Below are positions 1-6,933 of a stretch of 13,107 nucleotides of DNA, piece by piece (within the stretch, counting starts at the first letter, position 1; each line of letters starts with the position of its first letter). Both the position numbers and the translations under genes were made by a program. Origin of the DNA: Candidatus Methylomirabilis sp. (GTDB taxonomy: Bacteria > Methylomirabilota > Methylomirabilia > Methylomirabilales > Methylomirabilaceae); the NCBI GenBank assembly GCA_041498975.1, contig JBGQJI010000063.1:1-13107 (forward strand), written 5' to 3'. The notes under the pieces were generated by a model. It had not been told where the DNA came from. It searched no databases and saw only the letters and a program-made list of their open reading frames with translations.

Positions 1-650
1 CTGGCCTCTTTGCCCTCCCGCTCGCGGGGCTCCTTCGGGAACCCCCAGTGTCGGCTGTCCGGCCGGGCTGCTTCGGCGGCGCGAGGCTGCTGTTCCTCAT
101 CCGAAGTGGGGCTTCTCAGAAAGACAAGGGATCCTGGAATCCGCAGCGGCAATGGAGGAAGCAGGAAGAGGGCGGATGCGAGGGCCAGGACGGGCAACAG
201 GTAACGGGCTTCTCCCGGGGGGGCCATCGGGAAGGCCGTGGCGAGCCGGGCGCCTTCCGCAGCCGCCGCCGCGTCAGCAAAAAGGGCGTCAACCATCGGC
301 TGACCCTGCCGATGCATCACCTCCAGGGCGCTGCCAAGGCGCTCCCGCAGGGCGAGGCGGTGGTCCAGGAGGCGTGCGACCAGCGAGGGGGGAAGAGGGG
401 ACAGGAGGCCGTAAGCGGTGCCAGCAAACGTCACGAAGAGGAGCGCCAGAGCATAGAGTGCGAATGGCAGCGGCGCCAAGCCCCTCAGCAGGACCCAGGG
501 GACCAGGATCAGGTGGGCGAGCAGGGCGAAGCGAACCGCGCGAGAGAGGGCGCGCAGAAGCCTGATCCTGCGGGAGGCCTCCGCCAGCCTTTCGCGCAGA
601 ATAGAGGGGGCGCCCTCTTGTGCCGAGGGGTCTCGGTCATCGCCGCTCAA
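1..650 (-). CDS. Hypothetical membrane protein, 3' end runs off the window
   Basis: Not in the ORF track (no stop inside the window). Manual translation from TTG at 650, 9 nt after the mnmA stop, is open to the window edge: MSGDDRDPSAQEGAPSILRERLAEASRRIRLLRALSRAVRFALLAHLILVPWVLLRGLAPLPFALYALALLFVTFAGTAYGLLSPLPPSLVARLLDHRLALRERLGSALE...YLLPVLALASALFLLPP... About three hydrophobic segments followed by a charged region. Confidence 0.75.
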   Translation of the reverse strand, partial: MSGDDRDPSAQEGAPSILRERLAEASRRIRLLRALSRAVRFALLAHLILVPWVLLRGLAPLPFALYALALLFVTFAGTAYGLLSPLPPSLVARLLDHRLALRERLGSALEVMHRQGQPMVDALFADAAAAAEGARLATAFPMAPPGEARYLLPVLALASALFLLPPLPLRIPGSLVFLRSPTSDEEQQPRAAEAARPDSRHWGFPKEPREREGKEA

Positions 651-659
651 GGCAAGCCC

Positions 660-1754
660 CTACTGGGCGACTGTGGCGCCACCCACCAGTAAATCGGGCT
701 CCAACGCATCGTAGAACACCGCCGCTTGGCCCGGTGCCGGCAGTCGCTGCGGTTCCCTCCAGCGGACTCGTATCCGGCCGCCCGGCAGGGGGACGAGGTC
801 GGCCGTGGCGGCAAGCTGCCTATAACGCACCATCACCCGGGCTGTCCGTTCTTCTGCTAACCGATCCCAGGCGACGAAATTCGCCCTTTCAACTACAAAC
901 TCCCGGCACAGCAGCTCATCCGCTTTGCCCACGACGACCTCGTTGGCTTTAGGGTCCAGCCGAACGACATAAAAGGGGCCATCGCCGCCGATCCCGAGGC
1001 CATTACGTTGGCCGACGGTATACAGCGCCAGACCCTGGTGCTGGCCGAGGATCCTGCCCGCGCTGTCCTTGACGGAGCCCGGCCTGAAACCGTCTCCATG
1101 CCGTTCTCGCAGGAAGGTCCGATAGTCGCCGGTTACAAAGCAGATCTCCTGGCTGTCAGGCTTCGTGGCCACCTTCAGCCCCAGGGCGGCAGCCGCGCCC
1201 CTGACCTGAGCCTTGGTCATCTCGCCTATCGGAAAGCAGGTGCGGGCAAGCTGGGCCTGTGTCAGGCCATACAAGAAATAGGTTTGATCCTTCCTGGGAT
1301 CTCGGGCGCGACGGAGAAGGTGGCGGCCGGCCTTGCCGTCATGCTCGACCCGGGCGTAATGGCCGGTTGCCAAGAGCTCGGCGCCCAGCCCGAGCGCCCG
1401 CCGGAGCAATGAGCCGAACTTCACGCGTTCGTTACAAAGAACACAGGGGTTGGGCGTCCGCCCATCCATGTACGCCCTGGAGAACTCGTCGATCACCTCG
1501 CGGTCGAACTCCTGCTCGTAGTTCAAGACGTAGTGCGGGATCCCAAGCTGGGCGGCCACAAGCCTCGCGTCTTCGACATCCCTCGGAGAGCAGCAGCTAT
1601 CGAAGCGCTCCGGGCCGTTGGTGGCCTTCCTCGCCGACAGAAGTCGGAGGGTGATCCCGACCACCTCCAGCCCCTGCTCCACGAGGAGGGCGGCAGCAAC
1701 CGAGCTGTCAACGCCACCGCTCATCGCCACCACGACTCGTCGCCTGGGCCTCAT
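660..1754 (-). CDS. mnmA: tRNA U34 2-thiouridylase MnmA
   Basis: PP-loop [56 protein letters not shown] at 1754 (preceded by AGGTGA) preferred over GTG at 1763. Confidence 0.97.
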   Translation of the reverse strand: MRPRRRVVVAMSGGVDSSVAAALLVEQGLEVVGITLRLLSARKATNGPERFDSCCSPRDVEDARLVAAQLGIPHYVLNYEQEFDREVIDEFSRAYMDGRTPNPCVLCNERVKFGSLLRRALGLGAELLATGHYARVEHDGKAGRHLLRRARDPRKDQTYFLYGLTQAQLARTCFPIGEMTKAQVRGAAAALGLKVATKPDSQEICFVTGDYRTFLRERHGDGFRPGSVKDSAGRILGQHQGLALYTVGQRNGLGIGGDGPFYVVRLDPKANEVVVGKADELLCREFVVERANFVAWDRLAEERTARVMVRYRQLAATADLVPLPGGRIRVRWREPQRLPAPGQAAVFYDALEPDLLVGGATVAQ

Positions 1755-1767
1755 GAAAATCACCTGC

Positions 1768-2949
1768 TTATCTGTACGCCAAGGCCGGCTCGGGGTCGCT
1801 GCAACCCCTGGCGGCTCGGATCCGCTCCACTACCGCCGGCAGAAGGTCGAGCACGCCCTCGATCTCGGCCCCTGTCGTCCCGGCGCCTAGGGAGAATCGA
1901 ACAGCCCCCCCGTGGACCTCTGGCCTCCGCCCCATCGCTTCGAGGACATGCGACGGCTCCAGGGAACCCGAGGTGCAGGCGGCGCCGGCAGAGACCGCGA
2001 TCCCCTCCAAATCCAACGCAAGAACCAGAGACTCCTCGTCAGCTCCTCGAAACGAGATGTTCGAGGTGTTGGGCAGCCGCCGTTCCAGATGCCCGTTCCG
2101 CTGCGTCCCCTCGATCCGACTGATGATCCCGGCCTCAAGGCGGTCTCTGAGGAGTCTTAGACGCTGCGGCTCGATCTGCATCGATGCAATCGAGAGCGTC
2201 GCTGCTCGGGCCAAGCCAACGGCGGCCGCCACATTCTCCGTCCCAGCCCGCCGACCCCGTTCCTGCTGCCCCCCATGGATGGTGGGGACCATCCGGGTTC
2301 CGGGCCGAACATAGAGCGCCCCGACCCCCTTCGGCCCGTAGATCTTGTGACCCGAAAGGGAAAGGAGATCGACGCCCAGCGGCTCGACATCGATCGGCAG
2401 GCGGCCGAACGTCTGGACGGCGTCTGTGTGAAAGACGATCCCCCGCTCGCGGGCAAGCCTCCCGACCTCTTCGATCGGAAAGAGCACCCCGGTCTCGTTA
2501 TTCGCGTGCATGAGCGAGATCACCGTGGTATCCGTCCGGAGACTCCGCTCTACGCTCTCGGCATCGATCAATCCCTCGCCGTCAACCGGCACATAGGTCA
2601 CCTCGAAGCCCTGCTCCTCAAGGGACCGGCAGGCGTTGATGACGGCATGGTGCTCCACCGCCGATGTGACGATGTGCCGGCCGCGCTCTCGTGCGGCCCA
2701 GACGGCCCCCTTCAAGGCCAGATTGTCCGCCTCTGTCCCGCTTGAGACAAAGACGACGCTTTCTTTCTCCCGCGCGCCCACCGCGGACGCGACGACCTCG
2801 CGCGCCTCCTCCAGGCCCCGCCTGGCCTCCCTCCCCCAGGCGTGGATCGAGTTGGCATTGCCGAATCGCGTCTCAAGATAGGGCATCATCGCCTCAAGGA
2901 CTTCTGGCCGCATCGGCGCAGTTGCATTGTGGTCGAGATAGATCCTCAT
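1768..2949 (-). CDS. iscS: PLP-dependent cysteine desulfurase (IscS/NifS group I)
   Basis: [30 protein letters not shown] (PLP lysine), [14 protein letters not shown] (catalytic Cys). SD GAGGA at 2954-2958. The symbol is family-level; orthology to iscS versus yrvO/nifS is not resolved. Confidence 0.93.
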   Translation of the reverse strand: MRIYLDHNATAPMRPEVLEAMMPYLETRFGNANSIHAWGREARRGLEEAREVVASAVGAREKESVVFVSSGTEADNLALKGAVWAARERGRHIVTSAVEHHAVINACRSLEEQGFEVTYVPVDGEGLIDAESVERSLRTDTTVISLMHANNETGVLFPIEEVGRLARERGIVFHTDAVQTFGRLPIDVEPLGVDLLSLSGHKIYGPKGVGALYVRPGTRMVPTIHGGQQERGRRAGTENVAAAVGLARAATLSIASMQIEPQRLRLLRDRLEAGIISRIEGTQRNGHLERRLPNTSNISFRGADEESLVLALDLEGIAVSAGAACTSGSLEPSHVLEAMGRRPEVHGGAVRFSLGAGTTGAEIEGVLDLLPAVVERIRAARGCSDPEPALAYR

Positions 2950-2964
2950 TGGTTCCTCAAAAAC

Positions 2965-3043
2965 AGGGTATAGGGGTTAGGGTCTAGGGTCTAGTAAGGC
3001 CCTTTTCTTTCCTTAGACCCTGCCACCCCCTACCCCAGACCCT
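2965..3043. repeat. Imperfect inverted repeat built of heptamers (AGGGTCT / AGACCCT), possible terminator or attenuator hairpin
   Basis: Left arm AGGGTAT AGGGGTT AGGGTCT AGGGTCT (2965-2992). Right arm AGACCCT...CCCCCTACCCC AGACCCT (3015-3043). On the minus strand the hairpin is followed by GTTTTT (2964-2959). Confidence 0.75.
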
Positions 3044-3046
3044 CTC

Positions 3047-3469
3047 TTATCGCCCCTCGGCGCTCTGAGCCTCCTCCTCTTCGCGTTTCTGGCCGAGGCG
3101 AACCACCTTGGCCTCCTCGCGCCGCATCTCGCACGTGCCGTTGAGGACCGCCCCGTCGCTCACCACAAGAGTCGGGGTCTTGACGGTGCCGGTGACCTGC
3201 GCGGTCGCCAACAGCTCCACACGCTTTCTGGCCACGATAGTCCCCTCCACCCTTCCGCCGACCACGAGGGATCCCACCTGGATGTCAGCCCTGACCGCTG
3301 CCGCCTGACCGATGATGAGCAGATCGCTCCCGGAGACATCCCCCTCGAACCTTCCGTCGAGTCGAACCGTCCCCTCGAACTGGAGCGTCCCGATGAAGCT
3401 GGTCCCTTCGCCCAAAAAGGCTCGAATCTCTCCGAACTCTTGGGATGGTACCGCCCGCTTCGAGAACAC
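3047..3469 (-). CDS. Bactofilin (polymer-forming cytoskeletal protein, CcmA family)
   Basis: Beta-helix repeats FLGEGTSFIGTLQFEGTVRLDGRFEGDV...LIIGQAAAVRADI...LVVGGRVEGTI...VTGTV...LVVSDGAVLNGTCEM. GTG start with SD AGGGGG. N-terminus MFSKR. Confidence 0.93.
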   Translation of the reverse strand: MFSKRAVPSQEFGEIRAFLGEGTSFIGTLQFEGTVRLDGRFEGDVSGSDLLIIGQAAAVRADIQVGSLVVGGRVEGTIVARKRVELLATAQVTGTVKTPTLVVSDGAVLNGTCEMRREEAKVVRLGQKREEEEAQSAEGR

Positions 3470-3530
3470 ATGTACCCCCTTCTGAAATCGTTTTGTGCCA
3501 GCTTTATCTCACCTCGATGAGGTGCGGCCA

Positions 3531-3560
3531 ACAGTAGCACGTCCAGTCGACGGGTGTCAA
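3531..3560 (-). promoter_or_regulatory. Putative sigma70 promoter for bactofilin (and possibly iscS-mnmA)
   Basis: Minus strand TTGACA (3560-3555), 18-bp spacer ending TGc, TACTGT (3536-3531). Followed by a small palindrome CACCTC-GAT-GAGGTG (3510-3524). Confidence 0.55.
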
Positions 3561-3578
3561 ACCAGCCAATGCGCCGAA

Positions 3579-3604
3579 GGGGGTCGGGCCCCGGCCCGCC
3601 CCCC
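3579..3604 (-). terminator. GC-rich hairpin downstream of the DUF4013-like gene (weak terminator candidate)
   Basis: GGGGG-T-CGGGCC-CC-GGCCCG-CCCCC stem. No strong U-tract, so function is uncertain. Confidence 0.3.
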
Positions 3605-3654
3605 CCGTCGGGTTCCCGCGACAGGCACCCCGCCGCGGGCCGGAATCTCCCCCT

Positions 3655-4347
3655 CTACCCGGCCTCCGAGCACACCCCCCCAAAAAGCCGGGCGCCTGCA
3701 ACCATGAGATAGAACGTGAGGAACGGCCACACCAGGACGCCCAGAAATGGGATGGCTCCAACGAGCCCCGCCGCAATGAACGAGGCCATGGTGAACAGGT
3801 ATGCTGCCACGTACTCCGCAAGCACCTTCCTGATCCTTGACCATACCACCACAGGATTAAGTGCGGCTTCGACGCGGCGCTCTTCGAGGTAGCGAGCGAC
3901 GCCCATCGGGAAAAAGAACCCGAGCGTAAGCCCGGCAAGCATCCCCAGCAGCATCATGACCAGGCCCAGTATCAAGTCTCCCTTTACGAGCAGGCCAAAG
4001 CCGGAGACCACGAACAGAAGGGGGAGGATGCCGTAGACCAGGGCCAAGACAAACACGAGCAGACCCTGCACGCACAGCCCGGGCCAACGCCTCCATTCTG
4101 GCATTGCGTTCTCTCGCGGGATGGCGATCGCCCCCTGAAAGACCTGGAGCACGAAGCCCAGGGCGGGGAAGTTGCCCGCCTGTGCCAGCGGTGCCGCCTC
4201 GAGGGCCAGTTCCCGGGAGATGAGGAAGCCGAGTGCCACGAAGAGCGCTTCCAGGGTAAGGCCGATCGCCCCGCCGATGACGATCTTGGGCATTCGCTCC
4301 CGATCCTCCAGCGGGAAGGCCAATGCCCTTGCCACTCGGTTACGCAT
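3655..4347 (-). CDS. Multi-pass membrane protein, DUF4013-like
   Basis: 230 aa with several hydrophobic helices. ALAFPLEDRERMPKIVIGG, GFVLQV and MPEWRRW segments resemble my recollection of the DUF4013 pattern. Family call not verified by HMM. Confidence 0.7.
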   Translation of the reverse strand: MRNRVARALAFPLEDRERMPKIVIGGAIGLTLEALFVALGFLISRELALEAAPLAQAGNFPALGFVLQVFQGAIAIPRENAMPEWRRWPGLCVQGLLVFVLALVYGILPLLFVVSGFGLLVKGDLILGLVMMLLGMLAGLTLGFFFPMGVARYLEERRVEAALNPVVVWSRIRKVLAEYVAAYLFTMASFIAAGLVGAIPFLGVLVWPFLTFYLMVAGARLFGGVCSEAG

Positions 4348-4361
4348 TCGGGTCGCCGCCG

Positions 4362-4377
4362 TGTTTCACGTGAAACA
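4362..4377. promoter_or_regulatory. parS: parS centromere site (ParB binding)
   Basis: Perfect 16-bp palindrome TGTTTCACGTGAAACA, the consensus chromosomal parS. Confidence 0.95.
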
Positions 4378-4383
4378 ACACGG

Positions 4384-4404
4384 AGTTCATGGTTCAGAGT
4401 TCAG
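4384..4404. repeat. Three tandem heptamers (RGTTCAK)
   Basis: AGTTCAT GGTTCAG AGTTCAG immediately beside parS. Confidence 0.5.
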
Positions 4405-4476
4405 CGCTCGTAGACTAAACCGGATCAATAGGAGACCGATGCCTGTTCGTCAACAACGAACCGTCAACTGCCTTGG

Positions 4477-5316
4477 TTAGCCGCGGCCGCAGATTCGCTC
4501 GTAGATCCGCTCGAGGTCCTCCATGGAGTAGAATTCCACCTCGATCGTCCCGCCTGCGCCTTTTCGAGCGATCTTGACCTTCGTCCCGAGCGCCTGCCGA
4601 AGGGCGTCCTCCGCTGCCCGGACCGACGGGTCGGCGGGCGGGCGGCGAGGCTGAACGCTGCTGCGCCGTCTCAGCCGCCTGACGAGCGCTTCGGTGGCCC
4701 GCACCGACAGGCCAAGCCGAGCCACCTCGTCGCGGGCCTTGAGTTGGTCGGCCGCCCGCTCCAAGCCAAGCAGCGCGCGGGCGTGTCCTTCGGAGAGAGC
4801 GCCCGCGACCAGGTCGGCCCGGACCTGCTTGGGGAGCCTGAGAAGCCTGAGCGCATTCGCCACAGAGGAGCGCTCGCGCCCCAACCGCTTGGCCACCTCT
4901 TCCTGGGTCAAGCCGAACTCTTCCTGAAGCCTGAAATATGCCTCGGCCCGCTCGATCGGATTCAGGTCCTCTCGCTGCAGGTTCTCAACGAGCGCCACCT
5001 CAAGCGCCTCACCGCTGGAGAGCTCTTTCACGACAGCGGGGATCGAGCCCAGTCCCGCCATCCGTGCTGCCCTGAGGCGCCTTTCCCCGGCCACCACCTC
5101 TAGCCGACCCCCCTCCCGGCGGAGGATGATGGGCGAGAGCACCCCGTGGATCTTGATGGAATCCGCCAGCTCCTTCAGCTTGGCATCGTCCATGGAGCGG
5201 CGGGGCTGGAGCCTTCCCGGCGCGACCTCCTCGATGGGAACCTGAATCGCCCCGGAGCGATCGGCTCCGGGGATCAGTGTCTCAAGCCCCCTGCCGAGGG
5301 CTCTGCGCTGTGGCAT
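4477..5316 (-). CDS. parB: Chromosome partitioning CTPase ParB (Spo0J)
   Basis: N-terminal ParA-binding LGRGL, QPRR, GERRLRAA (CTP box), ENLQREDL, HTH TQEEVAKRLGRERSSVANALRLL, SEGHARALL. SD AGGAGA. Overlaps the parA 3' end. Confidence 0.97.
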   Translation of the reverse strand: MPQRRALGRGLETLIPGADRSGAIQVPIEEVAPGRLQPRRSMDDAKLKELADSIKIHGVLSPIILRREGGRLEVVAGERRLRAARMAGLGSIPAVVKELSSGEALEVALVENLQREDLNPIERAEAYFRLQEEFGLTQEEVAKRLGRERSSVANALRLLRLPKQVRADLVAGALSEGHARALLGLERAADQLKARDEVARLGLSVRATEALVRRLRRRSSVQPRRPPADPSVRAAEDALRQALGTKVKIARKGAGGTIEVEFYSMEDLERIYERICGRG

Positions 5317-6061
5317 CGATTATCTCCTTGGCCAGGCGGAGGTAGCTCTCGGCCCCCGATGAGCGGATGTCATACAGAATCACCGGCTTGCCGAAGCTGG
5401 GGGCCTCGCTCAGGCGCACGTTTCGGGGGATCACCGTTCGGAAGACCTGACGCGGGAAGTGGCGCCGCACCTCCTCCTCCACCTGCCCGCAGAGATTGAG
5501 CCTGGAGTCATACATGGTCAGGAGGATCCCCTCTATCTCCAGGCCGGGGTTCAGCCTCATTCGACAGAGACGGACCGCCTCGATGATCCGGGCCAATCCC
5601 TCCAGGGCGTAGTATTCACACTGAAGCGGGATGAGGACGGAGTGTGCGGCGGCCAGGGCATTGACAGTCAGCAGGCCAAGGGACGGCGGGCAATCGATCA
5701 GGATGTAGGCGTACCCTTCAACGCCGGCGCTGAGCGCCTCCCTCAGGCGGGCCTCCCGTCGCGGGCTACCGGCCAGCTCCATCTCCGCCCCGATCAGCCG
5801 GTCCCCCGCGGGGACCAGATCAAGCCCGGGGGCCGAGGTTGGCCGCACGGCCTCGGCGACCTTCGCCTCCCCCGTGAGCAGCTCATAGGCCGCCGGCGCT
5901 GCCTCGTGCTCGACCCCCAGCCCGCTGGTTGCGTTCCCTTGGGGGTCGATGTCGAGGAGGAGCGTCCGCCTCTCGGCCGCCGCGAGGCACGCGGCCAGGT
6001 TCACTGCCGTGGTGGTCTTGCCGACCCCGCCTTTTTGATTTGCGATGGCGATGATGCGCGT
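5282..6061 (-). CDS. parA: Chromosome partitioning ATPase ParA (Soj); start codon non-canonical or uncertain
   Basis: The frame extends upstream of the track's GTG (6004) to RIIAIANQKGGVGKTTTAVN (deviant Walker A). Also DIDPQGNAT, DCPPSLG, QCEYYALEG, IPRNVRLSEAPSFG. In-frame TAA at 6077-6079. Start placed at ACG 6061, 6 nt after GGGAGG. Confidence 0.93.
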   Translation of the reverse strand, partial: TRIIAIANQKGGVGKTTTAVNLAACLAAAERRTLLLDIDPQGNATSGLGVEHEAAPAAYELLTGEAKVAEAVRPTSAPGLDLVPAGDRLIGAEMELAGSPRREARLREALSAGVEGYAYILIDCPPSLGLLTVNALAAAHSVLIPLQCEYYALEGLARIIEAVRLCRMRLNPGLEIEGILLTMYDSRLNLCGQVEEEVRRHFPRQVFRTVIPRNVRLSEAPSFGKPVILYDIRSSGAESYLRLAKEIIDATAQSPRQGA

Positions 6062-6087
6062 CGCCGCCCTCCCTGTTTAGAGGGGTA

Positions 6088-6116
6088 AGGATACCACAGC
6101 CGCAGTCCGGGACAAA
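6088..6116 (-). promoter_or_regulatory. Putative promoter of parAB
   Basis: Minus strand TTGTCC/TTTGTC, 16-17 bp spacer, extended -10 TG-g-TATCCT (6093-6088), just upstream of SD GGGAGG. Confidence 0.45.
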
Positions 6117-6132
6117 GTGGAAAGGGGGGAGA

Positions 6133-6148
6133 TGTTTCACGTGAAACA
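6133..6148. promoter_or_regulatory. parS: parS centromere site (ParB binding)
   Basis: Second perfect TGTTTCACGTGAAACA palindrome, upstream of parA. Confidence 0.95.
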
Positions 6149-6227
6149 CCCGTGCCGCCGTTGATGGGGCGCGGTGCGGGCCAACGGTCGGGGACCGGTG
6201 GCCAGCGACTGGAGGCGGGCCAGACGT

Positions 6228-6893
6228 TCAGGGGGGCGGCTTCTCCGCGACAATCAGGTGGGTTGGTGGAGCACCGGCCTCGATGCCCGGAGCCTCCCGG
6301 ATCGCCGCCCTCAGCCCGAATGCAGCCAGGCGCGGGCGCAGCGCTTGAAGCGATTCCGCCGTGTGTCGACCCACCTGAAGGATCAGTCGCCCGCCGGGCG
6401 ACAGAAGCGGCGCCGCCAGGGACGCCGCGCCCGCCACCCCGCCAACCGCGCGCGCAAAGGCGACCTGATACCTTCCTCGATGCTCGGGGTCGGCGTGGAG
6501 CTGCTCGGCCCTGGCGTGAATACAGCGGACCCGGGTGAGCCCAAGCTGGCGGATGAGGTGGCGGAGGAATGCTGCCCGACGGCGCGCGGCCTCGATCAGG
6601 AGCATGTCGATCTCAGGGTAGCAGATCTTCAGCACCAGACCGGGGAAGCCGGCGCCAGATCCGATATCCACGGCTCTTACCCACGGCTCGGGCTCGAATG
6701 CCGCCCTGTAGCTCAAAGAGCGCAGAAACCCCTCTCGGACGATCGCCTCCTCGGACTTGAGCCCGGTCAGGTTGACCCGCGGGATCCAGCGCAGCAATTC
6801 CGACAAGTACAACTTAAGCTCATCGAGCTGTGCCGGCGTCAGGAGGAGGCCGATGCGATCCAGCCCTCGGCGGAGAAGCTGCTCGCCGCTCAC
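6228..6893 (-). CDS. rsmG: 16S rRNA m7G527 methyltransferase RsmG (GidB)
   Basis: YLSELLRWIPRVNLTG, SAM motif VDIGSGAGFPGLVLKI, LIEA..RRAAFL, RAEQL, ARAV. Canonical position upstream of parAB. Start uncertain (GTG 6893 or GTG 6953). Confidence 0.93.
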   Translation of the reverse strand: MSGEQLLRRGLDRIGLLLTPAQLDELKLYLSELLRWIPRVNLTGLKSEEAIVREGFLRSLSYRAAFEPEPWVRAVDIGSGAGFPGLVLKICYPEIDMLLIEAARRRAAFLRHLIRQLGLTRVRCIHARAEQLHADPEHRGRYQVAFARAVGGVAGAASLAAPLLSPGGRLILQVGRHTAESLQALRPRLAAFGLRAAIREAPGIEAGAPPTHLIVAEKPPP

Positions 6894-6933
6894 CGCGTTG
6901 CGTTCGGCGACCCGGTCGGGGGGAGCGCCCGTC

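Noticed and set aside
10..692. Plus-strand ORFs at 10-204, 48-692 and 152-565
   Set aside because: Antisense shadows of the minus-strand membrane protein gene, with low-complexity R/G/Q-rich translations.
2965..2992. Telomere-like TTAGGG or CRISPR interpretation of the heptamer array
   Set aside because: Only one exact TTAGGG, the period is 7 rather than 6, and there are no spacers or cas genes.
4385..4461. LexA/SOS box suggested by GTTC and GAAC half-sites
   Set aside because: Spacing and orientation fit neither CGAAC-N4-GTTCG nor GTTC-N7-GTTC.
4477..5316. Noc (nucleoid occlusion protein) instead of ParB
   Set aside because: It has the LGRGL ParA-binding peptide, ParB-type RSSVAN and GHARA residues, lies downstream of parA, and is flanked by parS sites.
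5883..6149. ORF beginning MFHVKH upstream of and overlapping parA (possible leader or frameshift entry into parA)
   Set aside because: FHVKH is simply the translation of the parS palindrome. The ORF starts upstream of the putative parA promoter, has no SD and no evident slippery site.
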